Source: Bacillota bacterium (GTDB taxonomy: Bacteria; Bacillota; Clostridia; Christensenellales; SZUA-584). From it: a DNA stretch of 64,000 nucleotides. Shown one piece after another: positions 46,181-55,122 of the stretch. The DNA lies in NCBI GenBank assembly GCA_023416745.1, contig JAEZHF010000022.1, positions 168-64,167 on the forward strand, in the 5' to 3' direction. The translations under genes were made by a program, and so were the position numbers. How positions within the stretch are numbered: the stretch's first letter is position 1; each line of letters begins with the position of its first letter. The notes below the pieces were generated by a model that ran no database searches, was not told where the DNA came from, and saw only the letters and a program-made list of their open reading frames with translations.

Positions 46181-47350
46181 TTAAAACGTTACCCATGCGG
46201 AACCCTTTCCGCTGCTTTCCACGCACTTCTCCACGAACAGATTGCCCTCAATGCCGTAGTCCACGCCAGGGTAGTGGACGTCCGGTACCGCTTCACCTGC
46301 CAGCTTGGCGGAGAGCGCTATGCAGAATGCCTTGTAAATGTTTCCGAAGGAAACGAAGTGGCCTTCCACGTGCCCCGACGGTATGCGGTTCATTTCGTTC
46401 ACCGGCGGATAGAAGTAGCCGTTGCCGCGTGACATGATCCTCGCCGGTTCGCCAATCATATCCACGCGCAAATAGTTCGGGTTCTCCTGTATCCACTCAA
46501 TGCTGCCCTTCTCGCCGCAAACCAGCAGCCGAAGGTCGTTGTCATAACCCACAGCCACTTGCGAGCACCAGAGCATGCCCGTCGCGCCGCCCTTATACTT
46601 CACCAGTATTTCGCCGTCATTGTCCAGCTTGCGGTGCTCTCCGACCGGCCTTAAGTTGGCGCAAAGAGACTCCATTTTGAGCCCGGTGGTGTAGGCGATC
46701 AGGTTTTCAAGGTGCGTACCAATATCGCCTGTCGCATTGGAGATGCCGGAAAGCGCCGGGTCACAGCGCCAAGACGCCTGCTTCTGGCCATCCATCTCGA
46801 TTTCCGTCGCCAGCCACCCTTGAATATAACGGCCGGACACAACGCGCACCGCACCGATGTCCCCGTTTAAAATCATCTCGCGCATTTGCCGAACCATCGG
46901 ATATCCCGTATACGTATAGGTCACGCACAGCAGCGCGTCGTTTGCCTCAGCGATCTTTTTGAGCTCCTCGCCCTCAGCGGACGATAACGCCAGAGGCTTA
47001 TCGCACACCACATGAATACCCTTCTCCAAAAACACCTTCGCTGAAGAATAGTGCGCGTGATTGGGCGTCACGATCACCGCGAAGTCTATTCCGTCTTCAC
47101 GGGCAGCTTCCTTTTCCGCCATCTCTTCAGCGGTTGCGTACAGACGATCCTCCCCCACACCCCACGCCGCTCCCGTTGCCAGCGTGTTCTCAAAGCTGCG
47201 GGAAAAACAGCCCGCCGCCAGCGCCGCCATGCCGTCGAGCTGGGCGCTCTTGCGGTGAACGTCGCCGATAAACGCGCCCAGCCCGCCGCCGACCATTCCG
47301 AATTTAAGCATCTTTGCCGAGGCATCCAAATGACTAGCTTTTATGGACAT
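46181..47350 (-). CDS. Gfo/Idh/MocA-family NAD(P)-dependent oxidoreductase
   Basis: Start at ATG 47350 after AGGAGG. LKFGMVGGGLGAFIGDVHRK Rossmann motif, VIVTPNHAHYS, VVCDKPLA. Confidence 0.88.
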   Translation of the reverse strand: MSIKASHLDASAKMLKFGMVGGGLGAFIGDVHRKSAQLDGMAALAAGCFSRSFENTLATGAAWGVGEDRLYATAEEMAEKEAAREDGIDFAVIVTPNHAHYSSAKVFLEKGIHVVCDKPLALSSAEGEELKKIAEANDALLCVTYTYTGYPMVRQMREMILNGDIGAVRVVSGRYIQGWLATEIEMDGQKQASWRCDPALSGISNATGDIGTHLENLIAYTTGLKMESLCANLRPVGEHRKLDNDGEILVKYKGGATGMLWCSQVAVGYDNDLRLLVCGEKGSIEWIQENPNYLRVDMIGEPARIMSRGNGYFYPPVNEMNRIPSGHVEGHFVSFGNIYKAFCIALSAKLAGEAVPDVHYPGVDYGIEGNLFVEKCVESSGKGSAWVTF

Positions 47351-47466
47351 ATCATCAACTCCTCCTGTAATATAATAGAAATTTCGCTTGCCCAACAATG
47401 TTATAATAGAGTCCTTTGATAAAGACCCTATCATAACGCTGCTTATAGCAAATTGATAAAAGTTGT

Positions 47467-47495
47467 GCAGGGGCCTGCACACTTGAGGCCCCTGC
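47467..47495 (-). terminator. hairpin/terminator after the binding-protein gene
   Basis: Minus strand reads GCAGGGGCCT-caagtgtgc-AGGCCCCTGC followed by ACAACTTTTATCAATTT. It lies 14 nt after the stop at 47509. Confidence 0.55.
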
Positions 47496-47508
47496 CGTCA
47501 TAATATTA

Positions 47509-48582
47509 CTATTTTGCGAGATAAGCGGCCACAGCGGCGTCGAATTCCGCGAACTCCGCCTTGTTCTCTACATAGGCCTTCTCGTAGTCTTCCAGCTTCC
47601 ACTGGAACGTGTTGTTGGCACGGCCTTCGAGGTAATCCGCAACGGTCCACGGAATTGCCTTGTCTGTGTTCTCGCCGGTCAGTACGAACGGGGGCTTAAT
47701 CTGCAGATACTGCTCAAACTTCTCGCCGTTCAGGTAACGCAGGATCTGCTGGATGCAAAGGTCTGCGTTCAGCGACGGCGGGTTGGGAACGGTTGCTGCC
47801 AAAGCGCCCGATTCCAGATCCGGCCATGCATCGTCTTTTCCGTTATTGGAGACCAGGATCTTGTCCTTCACAGCCAGTTCATCAAACACCTGTTTCACGC
47901 CAAAGTAGGTTTCTTCGTTGCAGCAGAACACCACGTCGAATTCCTGACCAGAAGCAATCAGATCCTGAGCGATCGGAATCGCCAGCGTGCGCTGCCACTC
48001 AGAGGATTTGGTCATGATGGCCGGCTTCATGCCCGCTTCTTCAAGCGCCATGTCAAAACCGACGATCTCACCTTCCGCAGGGCCCTGTCCCAAGAAGCCG
48101 GGGATATTGACGCACTGCGCATCCGGATAATTCTCAGCAACCCACTTCCCCACCATGTAGCCCATCATGACGAAGTTGTCCGTCACGTGTCCGGTCAGGT
48201 CGGTGCCCGCTTTCAGCTCCGGCTTGCCGGCGATGAAGAAGATTGGAACCTTTCCCGCATTAGCGGCCGCAATGGATTCCGCGCTGCCCGCCGCACCGGC
48301 CGTGATCACCGCAATGGCATCCGCTCCCGCTGCGATAGCGTCCTGCACGTTCGCCAACTCCTGCTCCGGGTTGTAGTCTGAGTTGAGCTCTTTGACTTCA
48401 AGGCCGACGGTTTCACCGATAGCTCTGAAAGCATCACCGAACTGAGCATAATAATCGTCTGGCCCCGCATTGATGAAGTACACGACCTTACCTTCCGCTT
48501 TGTCTGCCGCCGGTTTTGCTCCACAAGCGCCAATTGAAACCAGCATCGCAACGACCAATAAGATGACCAACAGTTTTTTCAT
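47509..48582 (-). CDS. sugar ABC transporter substrate-binding lipoprotein (RbsB-type fold)
   Basis: Start at ATG 48582 (MKKLLVILLVVAMLVSIGACG lipobox) after AAGGAGGA. Type I periplasmic-binding fold text. Confidence 0.88.
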   Translation of the reverse strand: MKKLLVILLVVAMLVSIGACGAKPAADKAEGKVVYFINAGPDDYYAQFGDAFRAIGETVGLEVKELNSDYNPEQELANVQDAIAAGADAIAVITAGAAGSAESIAAANAGKVPIFFIAGKPELKAGTDLTGHVTDNFVMMGYMVGKWVAENYPDAQCVNIPGFLGQGPAEGEIVGFDMALEEAGMKPAIMTKSSEWQRTLAIPIAQDLIASGQEFDVVFCCNEETYFGVKQVFDELAVKDKILVSNNGKDDAWPDLESGALAATVPNPPSLNADLCIQQILRYLNGEKFEQYLQIKPPFVLTGENTDKAIPWTVADYLEGRANNTFQWKLEDYEKAYVENKAEFAEFDAAVAAYLAK

Positions 48583-48645
48583 GTTTTCCTCCTTGTTTTT
48601 TATTACATTGCATCTCATCGATGCATACATAATTGTCTTGTTCAG

Positions 48646-49713
48646 CTATGCTTTTTTGATAGACTTCCGCGCTGTTCTCAGACCACTGTAATATCCGATC
48701 AGCACGGCAAATATAATCAGCAAGCCGGATATAATGAACTGATAGTACGGATCGATACCGATGATGTTGAGCGCATTGGATATGATACCCAGCAGTACCA
48801 CGCCGATCATCGCACCCCAGATATGTCCCTTGCCGCCTGACATCGCCGTACCGCCCACAACGACCGCCGCGATAACGTCGATTTCCTTTCCAAGACCCAT
48901 CGTCGGCGCACCGGTGCCGAGCCGCGCGAGCAGCGCCATAGATGCGATCGTCACAAACAGACCGTTAATCCCGTAGATCAGCAGCTTGAAGTTCTTGACG
49001 TTGATGCCCGCAAGGTAAGCTGCGTTCTCGTTGCCGCCCACCGCATAAACCCGCCGGCCGAACTTGGTGTATTTGACCGCCAGCCAGACGATCAGCGCCA
49101 GCACGAGCATCAATACGATGGGCACGGTGACGACGAATGCGCCGTTTGGATCCTCACTCAAATTGAGACGGAATACGACGGATTTTAAAAACTCAACCTT
49201 GCCGATGATCGTGATTTCACGGCCGTTTGTGATCAGATAAGTGAAACCGCGGTATATGCTCATAAAGCCCAGCGAGATGATGAAAGGCTCAATCTTGGTG
49301 CGCGAGATGATGAGGCCCATGACGAGCTGAAGACCCACGCCGGTCGCAACCGCCAGCACCAGCGTTTCGGCTTCGCCCCAGCCGCCCGACTTCATCAGCC
49401 ACGCCATACCGACGCCGAGGAAGGTAAGCATGTTGCCGACAGACAGGTCTATGCCGCCGGATATCATCACCAGGGTCATGCTCAACGCCAGAATACCCGT
49501 TGCCGATACTTGAAGCAGTACGTTGGATATGTTCATCCCGGTAATAAAGTTGCTGCTGAAAAAAGCAAGCCTAGGATTTATCAAGTGCTCAGCCAAATAG
49601 ACCAAGACCACCATTCCGATCAACACCAGTAATATCGGGGTATTTTCATGGTTCCAGATTCTGCGTCCTAAACCAGACCTCGCAATGGTCTTCTCTCCCT
49701 TACCGTTCGACAT
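48646..49713 (-). CDS. sugar ABC transporter permease (RbsC-type)
   Basis: About 355 aa and polytopic. TGATG overlap with the ATPase stop. GGAGGTG RBS. Confidence 0.9.
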   Translation of the reverse strand: MSNGKGEKTIARSGLGRRIWNHENTPILLVLIGMVVLVYLAEHLINPRLAFFSSNFITGMNISNVLLQVSATGILALSMTLVMISGGIDLSVGNMLTFLGVGMAWLMKSGGWGEAETLVLAVATGVGLQLVMGLIISRTKIEPFIISLGFMSIYRGFTYLITNGREITIIGKVEFLKSVVFRLNLSEDPNGAFVVTVPIVLMLVLALIVWLAVKYTKFGRRVYAVGGNENAAYLAGINVKNFKLLIYGINGLFVTIASMALLARLGTGAPTMGLGKEIDVIAAVVVGGTAMSGGKGHIWGAMIGVVLLGIISNALNIIGIDPYYQFIISGLLIIFAVLIGYYSGLRTARKSIKKA

Positions 49714-51203
49714 CAAAGCCCACCTCCAATAGAATAGTTCAAAATATTCTCTTCATTGATTTCTTCCCTGCGGTTGATCTCTGCGACCATCGTACCATCG
49801 CGCATCACCATGATACGGTCGCTCATCGCGATCAGCTCCGGCATGTCCGACGATATCATGATGACACACTTGCCCTGCTGGAGCAGGCTCGTCATGATTT
49901 TATAGATTTCTTCTTTCGCGCCCACGTCGATGCCGCGTGTGGGTTCGTCAAAGATAAATATATCGCCCATGGTCGCAAACCACTTGGCCAGCACCACCTT
50001 TTGCTGGTTGCCGCCCGACAGGAACATCACCTTCTGACCAAGGCTCGGAGTCACCACGTTCATAGCTGTTGCGTACTTCTCAGCCAGCTTAACGTCGTCC
50101 GCCGGAAGTGCAAACGGCTGTTTCGATTTTGAATAGCTCGCAATAACCGTATTGCTGGTGATGGAGTGGATCAGGAACAAACCGGAAGACTGCCGGTCTT
50201 CTGTGATAAAGCACATATGATTGGCGATCGCGTCGAGCGGCGTTCTTATTTTGACTTCCTTGCCTTCAATTTTTATCACGCCCGAGGCCTTCTCCCTCAC
50301 CCCAAACAGCAGCTCCGCCAGTTCCGTACGGCCTGAGCCCACCATTCCGGCGATGCCGAGCAACTCACCCTTGCGAACGTTGAGCGACGCTTCGCTGACA
50401 CCGGGTCCCGAAATGATCTGCGCCTCAAACACGACCTCGCCGATCTCGGCTCTGTCGCGCTTGTAGAATGCGGACACGTCGCGTCCCACCATATCCCTGA
50501 TCAGTTGCATTTCAGTTAAGTTCGCAATTTCGTAGGTATTGATCTTCTCGCCGTCGCGGATAACGGTGACGCGGTCGGCAATCTTGAACACTTCGTCAAG
50601 GTGATGCGAGATATAGATGATGCTGATACCTTCGCTCGAGAGCTTCTTGATGATGGCAAGCAAATGCTCTGTTTCCTTCTTGGAGAAGGAGGCCGTGGGT
50701 TCGTCGAGTATCATGATCTTCGATTCCTGGATAAACGCGCGTGAAATCTCCACGGTTTTCTGTGCACCGCTGCCCAGATTTCCCACAACGTCATACGGGG
50801 TGATATCCGAATGCAGGAATTCCAGCACTTCTTTTGTTTTGGCGATCATGGCCGCTTTGTTGACCATTATACCGCCGCCAATTTCGTTGCCGGCAAACAG
50901 GTTTTCAAAAACAGGCAGCAGCGGATAGAGTGCGTGCTCCTGATAGATCGTCTGAATACCCAGCTTCATCGCCGACCGGGGCGTCATGTTTTCCACGGTT
51001 TTACCGTCTATATCCATCGTACCCGCATCCGGCGTATATGCACCGGAAAGCATCTTGATCAGAGTGGACTTCCCGGCTCCGTTCTCACCGCAAATGCAGT
51101 GAACCTCTCCTTTTCGCAGGTCGAAGTCGAACCCGCTGAAAACATCCACGCCGGGAAAGGACTTGCGTATTCCCTTCATTTCCAGTATCAGTTCCTGGGG
51201 CAT
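49713..51203 (-). CDS. sugar ABC transporter ATP-binding protein (double NBD)
   Basis: [40 protein letters not shown]. Second half: [40 protein letters not shown]. Start set to ATG 51203, 8 nt after GGAGG. Confidence 0.93.
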   Translation of the reverse strand: MPQELILEMKGIRKSFPGVDVFSGFDFDLRKGEVHCICGENGAGKSTLIKMLSGAYTPDAGTMDIDGKTVENMTPRSAMKLGIQTIYQEHALYPLLPVFENLFAGNEIGGGIMVNKAAMIAKTKEVLEFLHSDITPYDVVGNLGSGAQKTVEISRAFIQESKIMILDEPTASFSKKETEHLLAIIKKLSSEGISIIYISHHLDEVFKIADRVTVIRDGEKINTYEIANLTEMQLIRDMVGRDVSAFYKRDRAEIGEVVFEAQIISGPGVSEASLNVRKGELLGIAGMVGSGRTELAELLFGVREKASGVIKIEGKEVKIRTPLDAIANHMCFITEDRQSSGLFLIHSITSNTVIASYSKSKQPFALPADDVKLAEKYATAMNVVTPSLGQKVMFLSGGNQQKVVLAKWFATMGDIFIFDEPTRGIDVGAKEEIYKIMTSLLQQGKCVIMISSDMPELIAMSDRIMVMRDGTMVAEINRREEINEENILNYSIGGGL

Positions 51204-51221
51204 ATCCAACACCTCCTGTCC

Positions 51222-52454
51222 CTATTTTTTCAGGTACTTCTCCGCTTCCTTGTTGTCGGGCCCGAAATGCTTGAGCATCACGATATTCTGATTGTCGCTG
51301 ATATTCCTTATCCTGACGCCCTCTGCTGCGCGATCCTTTGTCACATAGAACTCGTCTCGCGTAATCTGACCGAAACGGATAACGGACGGCGTTTCGATCA
51401 GCTCCTCTTCAATGTATCCAACGCCCTGCATCATGATAAACCCGTATGCTTCGCTGTCGCTGATGACGGCTTCGCAGCCGGGCAGAACAGTGAGCTTCTT
51501 GGCCGAAAAGTCCTTGGAACCGTAGGCAATCCACTCTTCCTCGTAGCCCTTCTCGCGCATCTCCTCATAAGGCGATACAGGGATGGGTTCATGGTAGTGG
51601 TTCTTCTTGAATTCCGGATCCGTGTTGGCTTCCCAATCGAGGCAGTCGAGCAGGTAGTCGATATCAAGCTTCTTGTCTTCCGGTACAAACTTCACCAAAA
51701 GGTCACGCTCAAAGAACTTGTCACGCACCATCGTCTGCATAAACAGAGACGTATCGCTGACGTGCTGCGGCTCATACGTCACCAGTGAACCGGGCGCATG
51801 CAGTATGCCCGCGGGGATGTCCCAGCCGGTGCCCAGCTTCAGCTTATACGCGCGCGACAGCTCCAGTATGCCATTGTCGCCGCCCTTTCCCCAGTTTTCG
51901 AGGCACTTGCGCAAATCATCCCTTGTCGTGCCCTTCTCAAAACCGAAATACGTATATGCACCGTCGTAGTCGATGCTGTTGAGTTCAATTGGGAAATAGT
52001 ATGCTTCCGGCTTGGGCGTAGCTCCCACAGCCCTGGCATGGTGCTCCATCAGATGCACATGATGGGCGATGGGCGTCTTGAAATCATAGAACTTCGCAAA
52101 GGCCTTCAGACCGCCGAAAGTATCCATGATTCGAGAGCCCAGAATGATATCGCCAACCTCATCGATGGCATCACGGAAAAGTACCTGTTCAATACCGGAA
52201 GCAGTGGAAACGGCAACGAAGCTCATCCCCTCATTCTCAGTCGTTGTAGGTCCATTGTCTGCCATACCTGTCGACGCCATCCAACGCTCGGTCAAAGCCC
52301 CATACGCAGCGCCATAAGGATACATATCCCGCACATCAAGTTTAATCCGTCTGCCCGGCAGCAGTATCGTTCTTCCCACCCAAGCCGGAGCCAGACGCAA
52401 TAAACCATTTGATCGATACAACTCATTTGTAATCAGATCTTTGTTCTTTCTCAT
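51222..52454 (-). CDS. divergent class-I phosphomannose-isomerase-fold (cupin) protein, function unknown
   Basis: 410 aa. LTERWMAS, PIAHHVH, ATPKPEAYYF and AGILHAPGSLVTYEPQHVSD are spaced like the ManA zinc-site motifs (QVHP, HKPE, PHAYLQGxxxExMAxSDN) as I recall them. AGGAGG RBS. Confidence 0.55.
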   Translation of the reverse strand: MRKNKDLITNELYRSNGLLRLAPAWVGRTILLPGRRIKLDVRDMYPYGAAYGALTERWMASTGMADNGPTTTENEGMSFVAVSTASGIEQVLFRDAIDEVGDIILGSRIMDTFGGLKAFAKFYDFKTPIAHHVHLMEHHARAVGATPKPEAYYFPIELNSIDYDGAYTYFGFEKGTTRDDLRKCLENWGKGGDNGILELSRAYKLKLGTGWDIPAGILHAPGSLVTYEPQHVSDTSLFMQTMVRDKFFERDLLVKFVPEDKKLDIDYLLDCLDWEANTDPEFKKNHYHEPIPVSPYEEMREKGYEEEWIAYGSKDFSAKKLTVLPGCEAVISDSEAYGFIMMQGVGYIEEELIETPSVIRFGQITRDEFYVTKDRAAEGVRIRNISDNQNIVMLKHFGPDNKEAEKYLKK

Positions 52455-52468
52455 TGCTGTCCTCCTAT

Positions 52469-52480
52469 TTATACGAATAA
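52469..52480. promoter_or_regulatory. operator-like CG-centred 12-mer (site 2 of 5)
   Basis: TTATACGAATAA, 2 nt from the RBS of the PMI-fold gene, in the kinase/PMI-fold spacer. Confidence 0.35.
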
Positions 52481-52520
52481 ATTTATATAGCCTAACAAGT
52501 TCTTGTCATTAGGGTTATCA

Positions 52521-53993
52521 TCACAAAGATGCGATACTCGGATAGATGTTCTTATAGATGCTGAAACGTTCCTGATAGATCTGATGATACTTCTCGTTCG
52601 GAGTAAAAGTCTTGTCAATCATGACCATACTGTTCGCAGCTTCTTCAAGGCTTGAAAAGTCACTGCAGGCCACAGCGCACAGCATGGCAAGTGCTGTTGT
52701 ACCGGACTCCTGCGTTTTGAGCCGATGTACGGGAATCCCCATAATATCCGCCTTCACCTGAAGAAGCAGTTCTGACTTGGTTCCGCCCCCGACGCATGTC
52801 ATGCTGGTGATGTTAGTGCCCATACTTTTCAAAAGCTGGGCATTTTGCAGCATCTCGAAGCAGATACCTTCTATGCAGGCCTTATATATGTCACCGCGCA
52901 GAGTGCTGAGCCGCAAGCCCAGAATTGCGCCGGTGGAGAACGGGTCCATATGAGGCGTTCCGCTTCCTGCAAAATGGGGCAGCACGAACAGCTCGGTCGG
53001 CCCATCAGGGCATTCGCTCTCCATCACCCTAAAGACGCTGCGGCTGTTGGTCTCTTTAGCAAAGTTGCTGCAGAACCAGCCCAGAATGGAGGCGCCTGTT
53101 GTACTGAATGCCAGCGTGACATAGGAGCCCTTCACTGCGTACGGCTCGATGCAGAAGTTGTTGGCACGCATGTATTCCTTCTGATCCAGCCCGCCCAACA
53201 CGGTGGTGATGCACTCGGAAGTGCCGATGCCATCCACGCACTCTCCCGTTTTTAACACGCCCGCTCCCAGCGCCGCGCAGATCTGGTCGTGTCCGCCGGC
53301 TACCAGCAGCACACCCGGGGCTAGCCCCAGCTCCGCCGCCAGGCTGTCTCTAACCTGGCCGATGATGCTGCCCGGCATCACCGGTGCCGAAAGCATGGAT
53401 AAACTGAGTCCGAATGCATCCAGCACGCCTTGCGCCCAGCCATGATTCGTAAAGTCAAAGAACATCGTCCGGGAGGCCAGCGAATAATCGATGCAGCGGA
53501 CTCCGGAAAGCCTGTAATATATGTAGTCTTCAAACAGAAACAGCTTTTCGATTCGCTCAAACAGCCGGGGCTCGTGCTTTTTCATCCATAACAGCTTATT
53601 GAGCGTAAACATTGAGCTGACCGGCATGCCAGTCATATCGTACATCACCTGATCGTCAAACTGCCCGCGGATGTCTGTGACCTCGTCCGCACCGCGCACG
53701 TCTGCAAACAGTATACCGTTGCGCAATACACGGTCATGTTTGTCCAACGCAACGAAGGTTTCTCCAAACGACGCTATCGCGATCGCTTTAACCGGGTCAC
53801 CCGCTTCGGCTGCCGTACGTGCGATCACATATTTGACTGTCTGCCAAACAGCCTCGGGATCGATCTCGGCATACCCTTCGTTGGTGCGGACCGCCTTATA
53901 ATCCTTGTATGCGTATGAACGGATATTTCCGCCGATATCGAGCGCTGTGGCTTTGCAGCCGGTCGTCCCCACATCAATCCCTAGATATAACAT
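52521..53993 (-). CDS. FGGY-family carbohydrate kinase (xylulokinase-like)
   Basis: 490 aa. MLYLGIDVGTTGCKA, FGETFVALD, GGHDQICAALGAG, VGGGTKSELLLQVKADIMG. Confidence 0.9.
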   Translation of the reverse strand: MLYLGIDVGTTGCKATALDIGGNIRSYAYKDYKAVRTNEGYAEIDPEAVWQTVKYVIARTAAEAGDPVKAIAIASFGETFVALDKHDRVLRNGILFADVRGADEVTDIRGQFDDQVMYDMTGMPVSSMFTLNKLLWMKKHEPRLFERIEKLFLFEDYIYYRLSGVRCIDYSLASRTMFFDFTNHGWAQGVLDAFGLSLSMLSAPVMPGSIIGQVRDSLAAELGLAPGVLLVAGGHDQICAALGAGVLKTGECVDGIGTSECITTVLGGLDQKEYMRANNFCIEPYAVKGSYVTLAFSTTGASILGWFCSNFAKETNSRSVFRVMESECPDGPTELFVLPHFAGSGTPHMDPFSTGAILGLRLSTLRGDIYKACIEGICFEMLQNAQLLKSMGTNITSMTCVGGGTKSELLLQVKADIMGIPVHRLKTQESGTTALAMLCAVACSDFSSLEEAANSMVMIDKTFTPNEKYHQIYQERFSIYKNIYPSIASL

Positions 53994-53999
53994 GGTAAA

Positions 54000-55049
54000 T
54001 CACCACTCTTTATGCTGCGGCGCAGATTCCCGTACGATGATGCTTGGCTCCAGCATTATCCTTCTGCGCGTGTTTTCCCTTCCAGCGATCAAATCGCGCA
54101 GCATATTTGTTCCCTGGATGCACATTGTCATCACCGGCTGGTTAACGGTGGTCAGTGTCGGCGAAACGATGGCGCTGAGGGGAACATTGTCGTATCCGAT
54201 TACACAAATATCCTGTGGTATGCGGATATTAAACTCTCTGAGCTTTTTCATAACACCGAGCGCCATCTCGTCGTTGGTTGCAAATATGCCTTCAGGTCTT
54301 GATTTTGCGAGTATCTCTTCAGCTGCCTGATACCCCAGCGCTATCTTGTCGTTCTGATCGGAATCCTCACTCGCAATAAAAACATGCTGCAAATGCTTCT
54401 GCAGTCCGAATTCCTTGACCGCCAGCAGAAAACCCTCGTACCGGTCTTTCAAAGCACGGTTGTACGCCGACTCCGAACAGAATGCGATTTTCGATATGCC
54501 CAGCGACACAAATTGCTGCACCGCGAGGAAGCTGCCCTTGATATTGTTCACCAGAACACACGGCGCTTCAATCTGATCCTCCTGCAGGTTGTCGTCCATG
54601 ACCACGAACGGCACGTTATAGGTCGCAAGCTTACGGAGCAGCTTCTCGTTAGCCAGACCATAACATACCATGACGCCGGCCACTTTCTGCTCAATCAAAG
54701 AAGTGATATACCAGTCCTCAAGATCCGGTTTGTGCATCGTGATGCAGATAAACGTAAACAGCCCATTCTCACGAATAATCTTTTCTGTATATTTAATAAT
54801 TTCGCTGTAGTAGCTGTTGGTCACATCAGGAACGATAATTCCAACTGTGTTCGACTTCCTCAGCTTTAAATTACGGGCGACACTGTTGCGGATGTAACCC
54901 AACTGTTCGGCCGCTTCAAAAACCCGCTTTTTTACCGGCTCAGAAATATCTCCCGAATTATTCAACACGTACGAAACCGTAGCTTGCGTTACACCGGCCG
55001 CCTTGGCGACATCGTTCATCGTGGGCGGTTTATTTGTCCTTTTCTTCAT
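54000..55049 (-). CDS. LacI-family transcriptional regulator
   Basis: Start at ATG 55049 (MKKRTNKPPTMNDVAKAAGVTQATVSYVLNN HTH). Periplasmic-binding-fold effector domain. Confidence 0.9.
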   Translation of the reverse strand: MKKRTNKPPTMNDVAKAAGVTQATVSYVLNNSGDISEPVKKRVFEAAEQLGYIRNSVARNLKLRKSNTVGIIVPDVTNSYYSEIIKYTEKIIRENGLFTFICITMHKPDLEDWYITSLIEQKVAGVMVCYGLANEKLLRKLATYNVPFVVMDDNLQEDQIEAPCVLVNNIKGSFLAVQQFVSLGISKIAFCSESAYNRALKDRYEGFLLAVKEFGLQKHLQHVFIASEDSDQNDKIALGYQAAEEILAKSRPEGIFATNDEMALGVMKKLREFNIRIPQDICVIGYDNVPLSAIVSPTLTTVNQPVMTMCIQGTNMLRDLIAGRENTRRRIMLEPSIIVRESAPQHKEW

Positions 55050-55078
55050 GATTATCGCCCTGCCCAGAGAAATTTTCC

Positions 55079-55108
55079 GTGCCCTTTGCGATGCTGACCA
55101 AAGGGCAC
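55079..55108 (-). other. 10-bp stem hairpin between the Zn-ADH and LacI cistrons
   Basis: GTGCCCTTTG-cgatgctgac-CAAAGGGCAC. Weak U-tract, so a possible partial terminator or processing site. Confidence 0.35.
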
Positions 55109-55122
55109 GATACAATATAATA

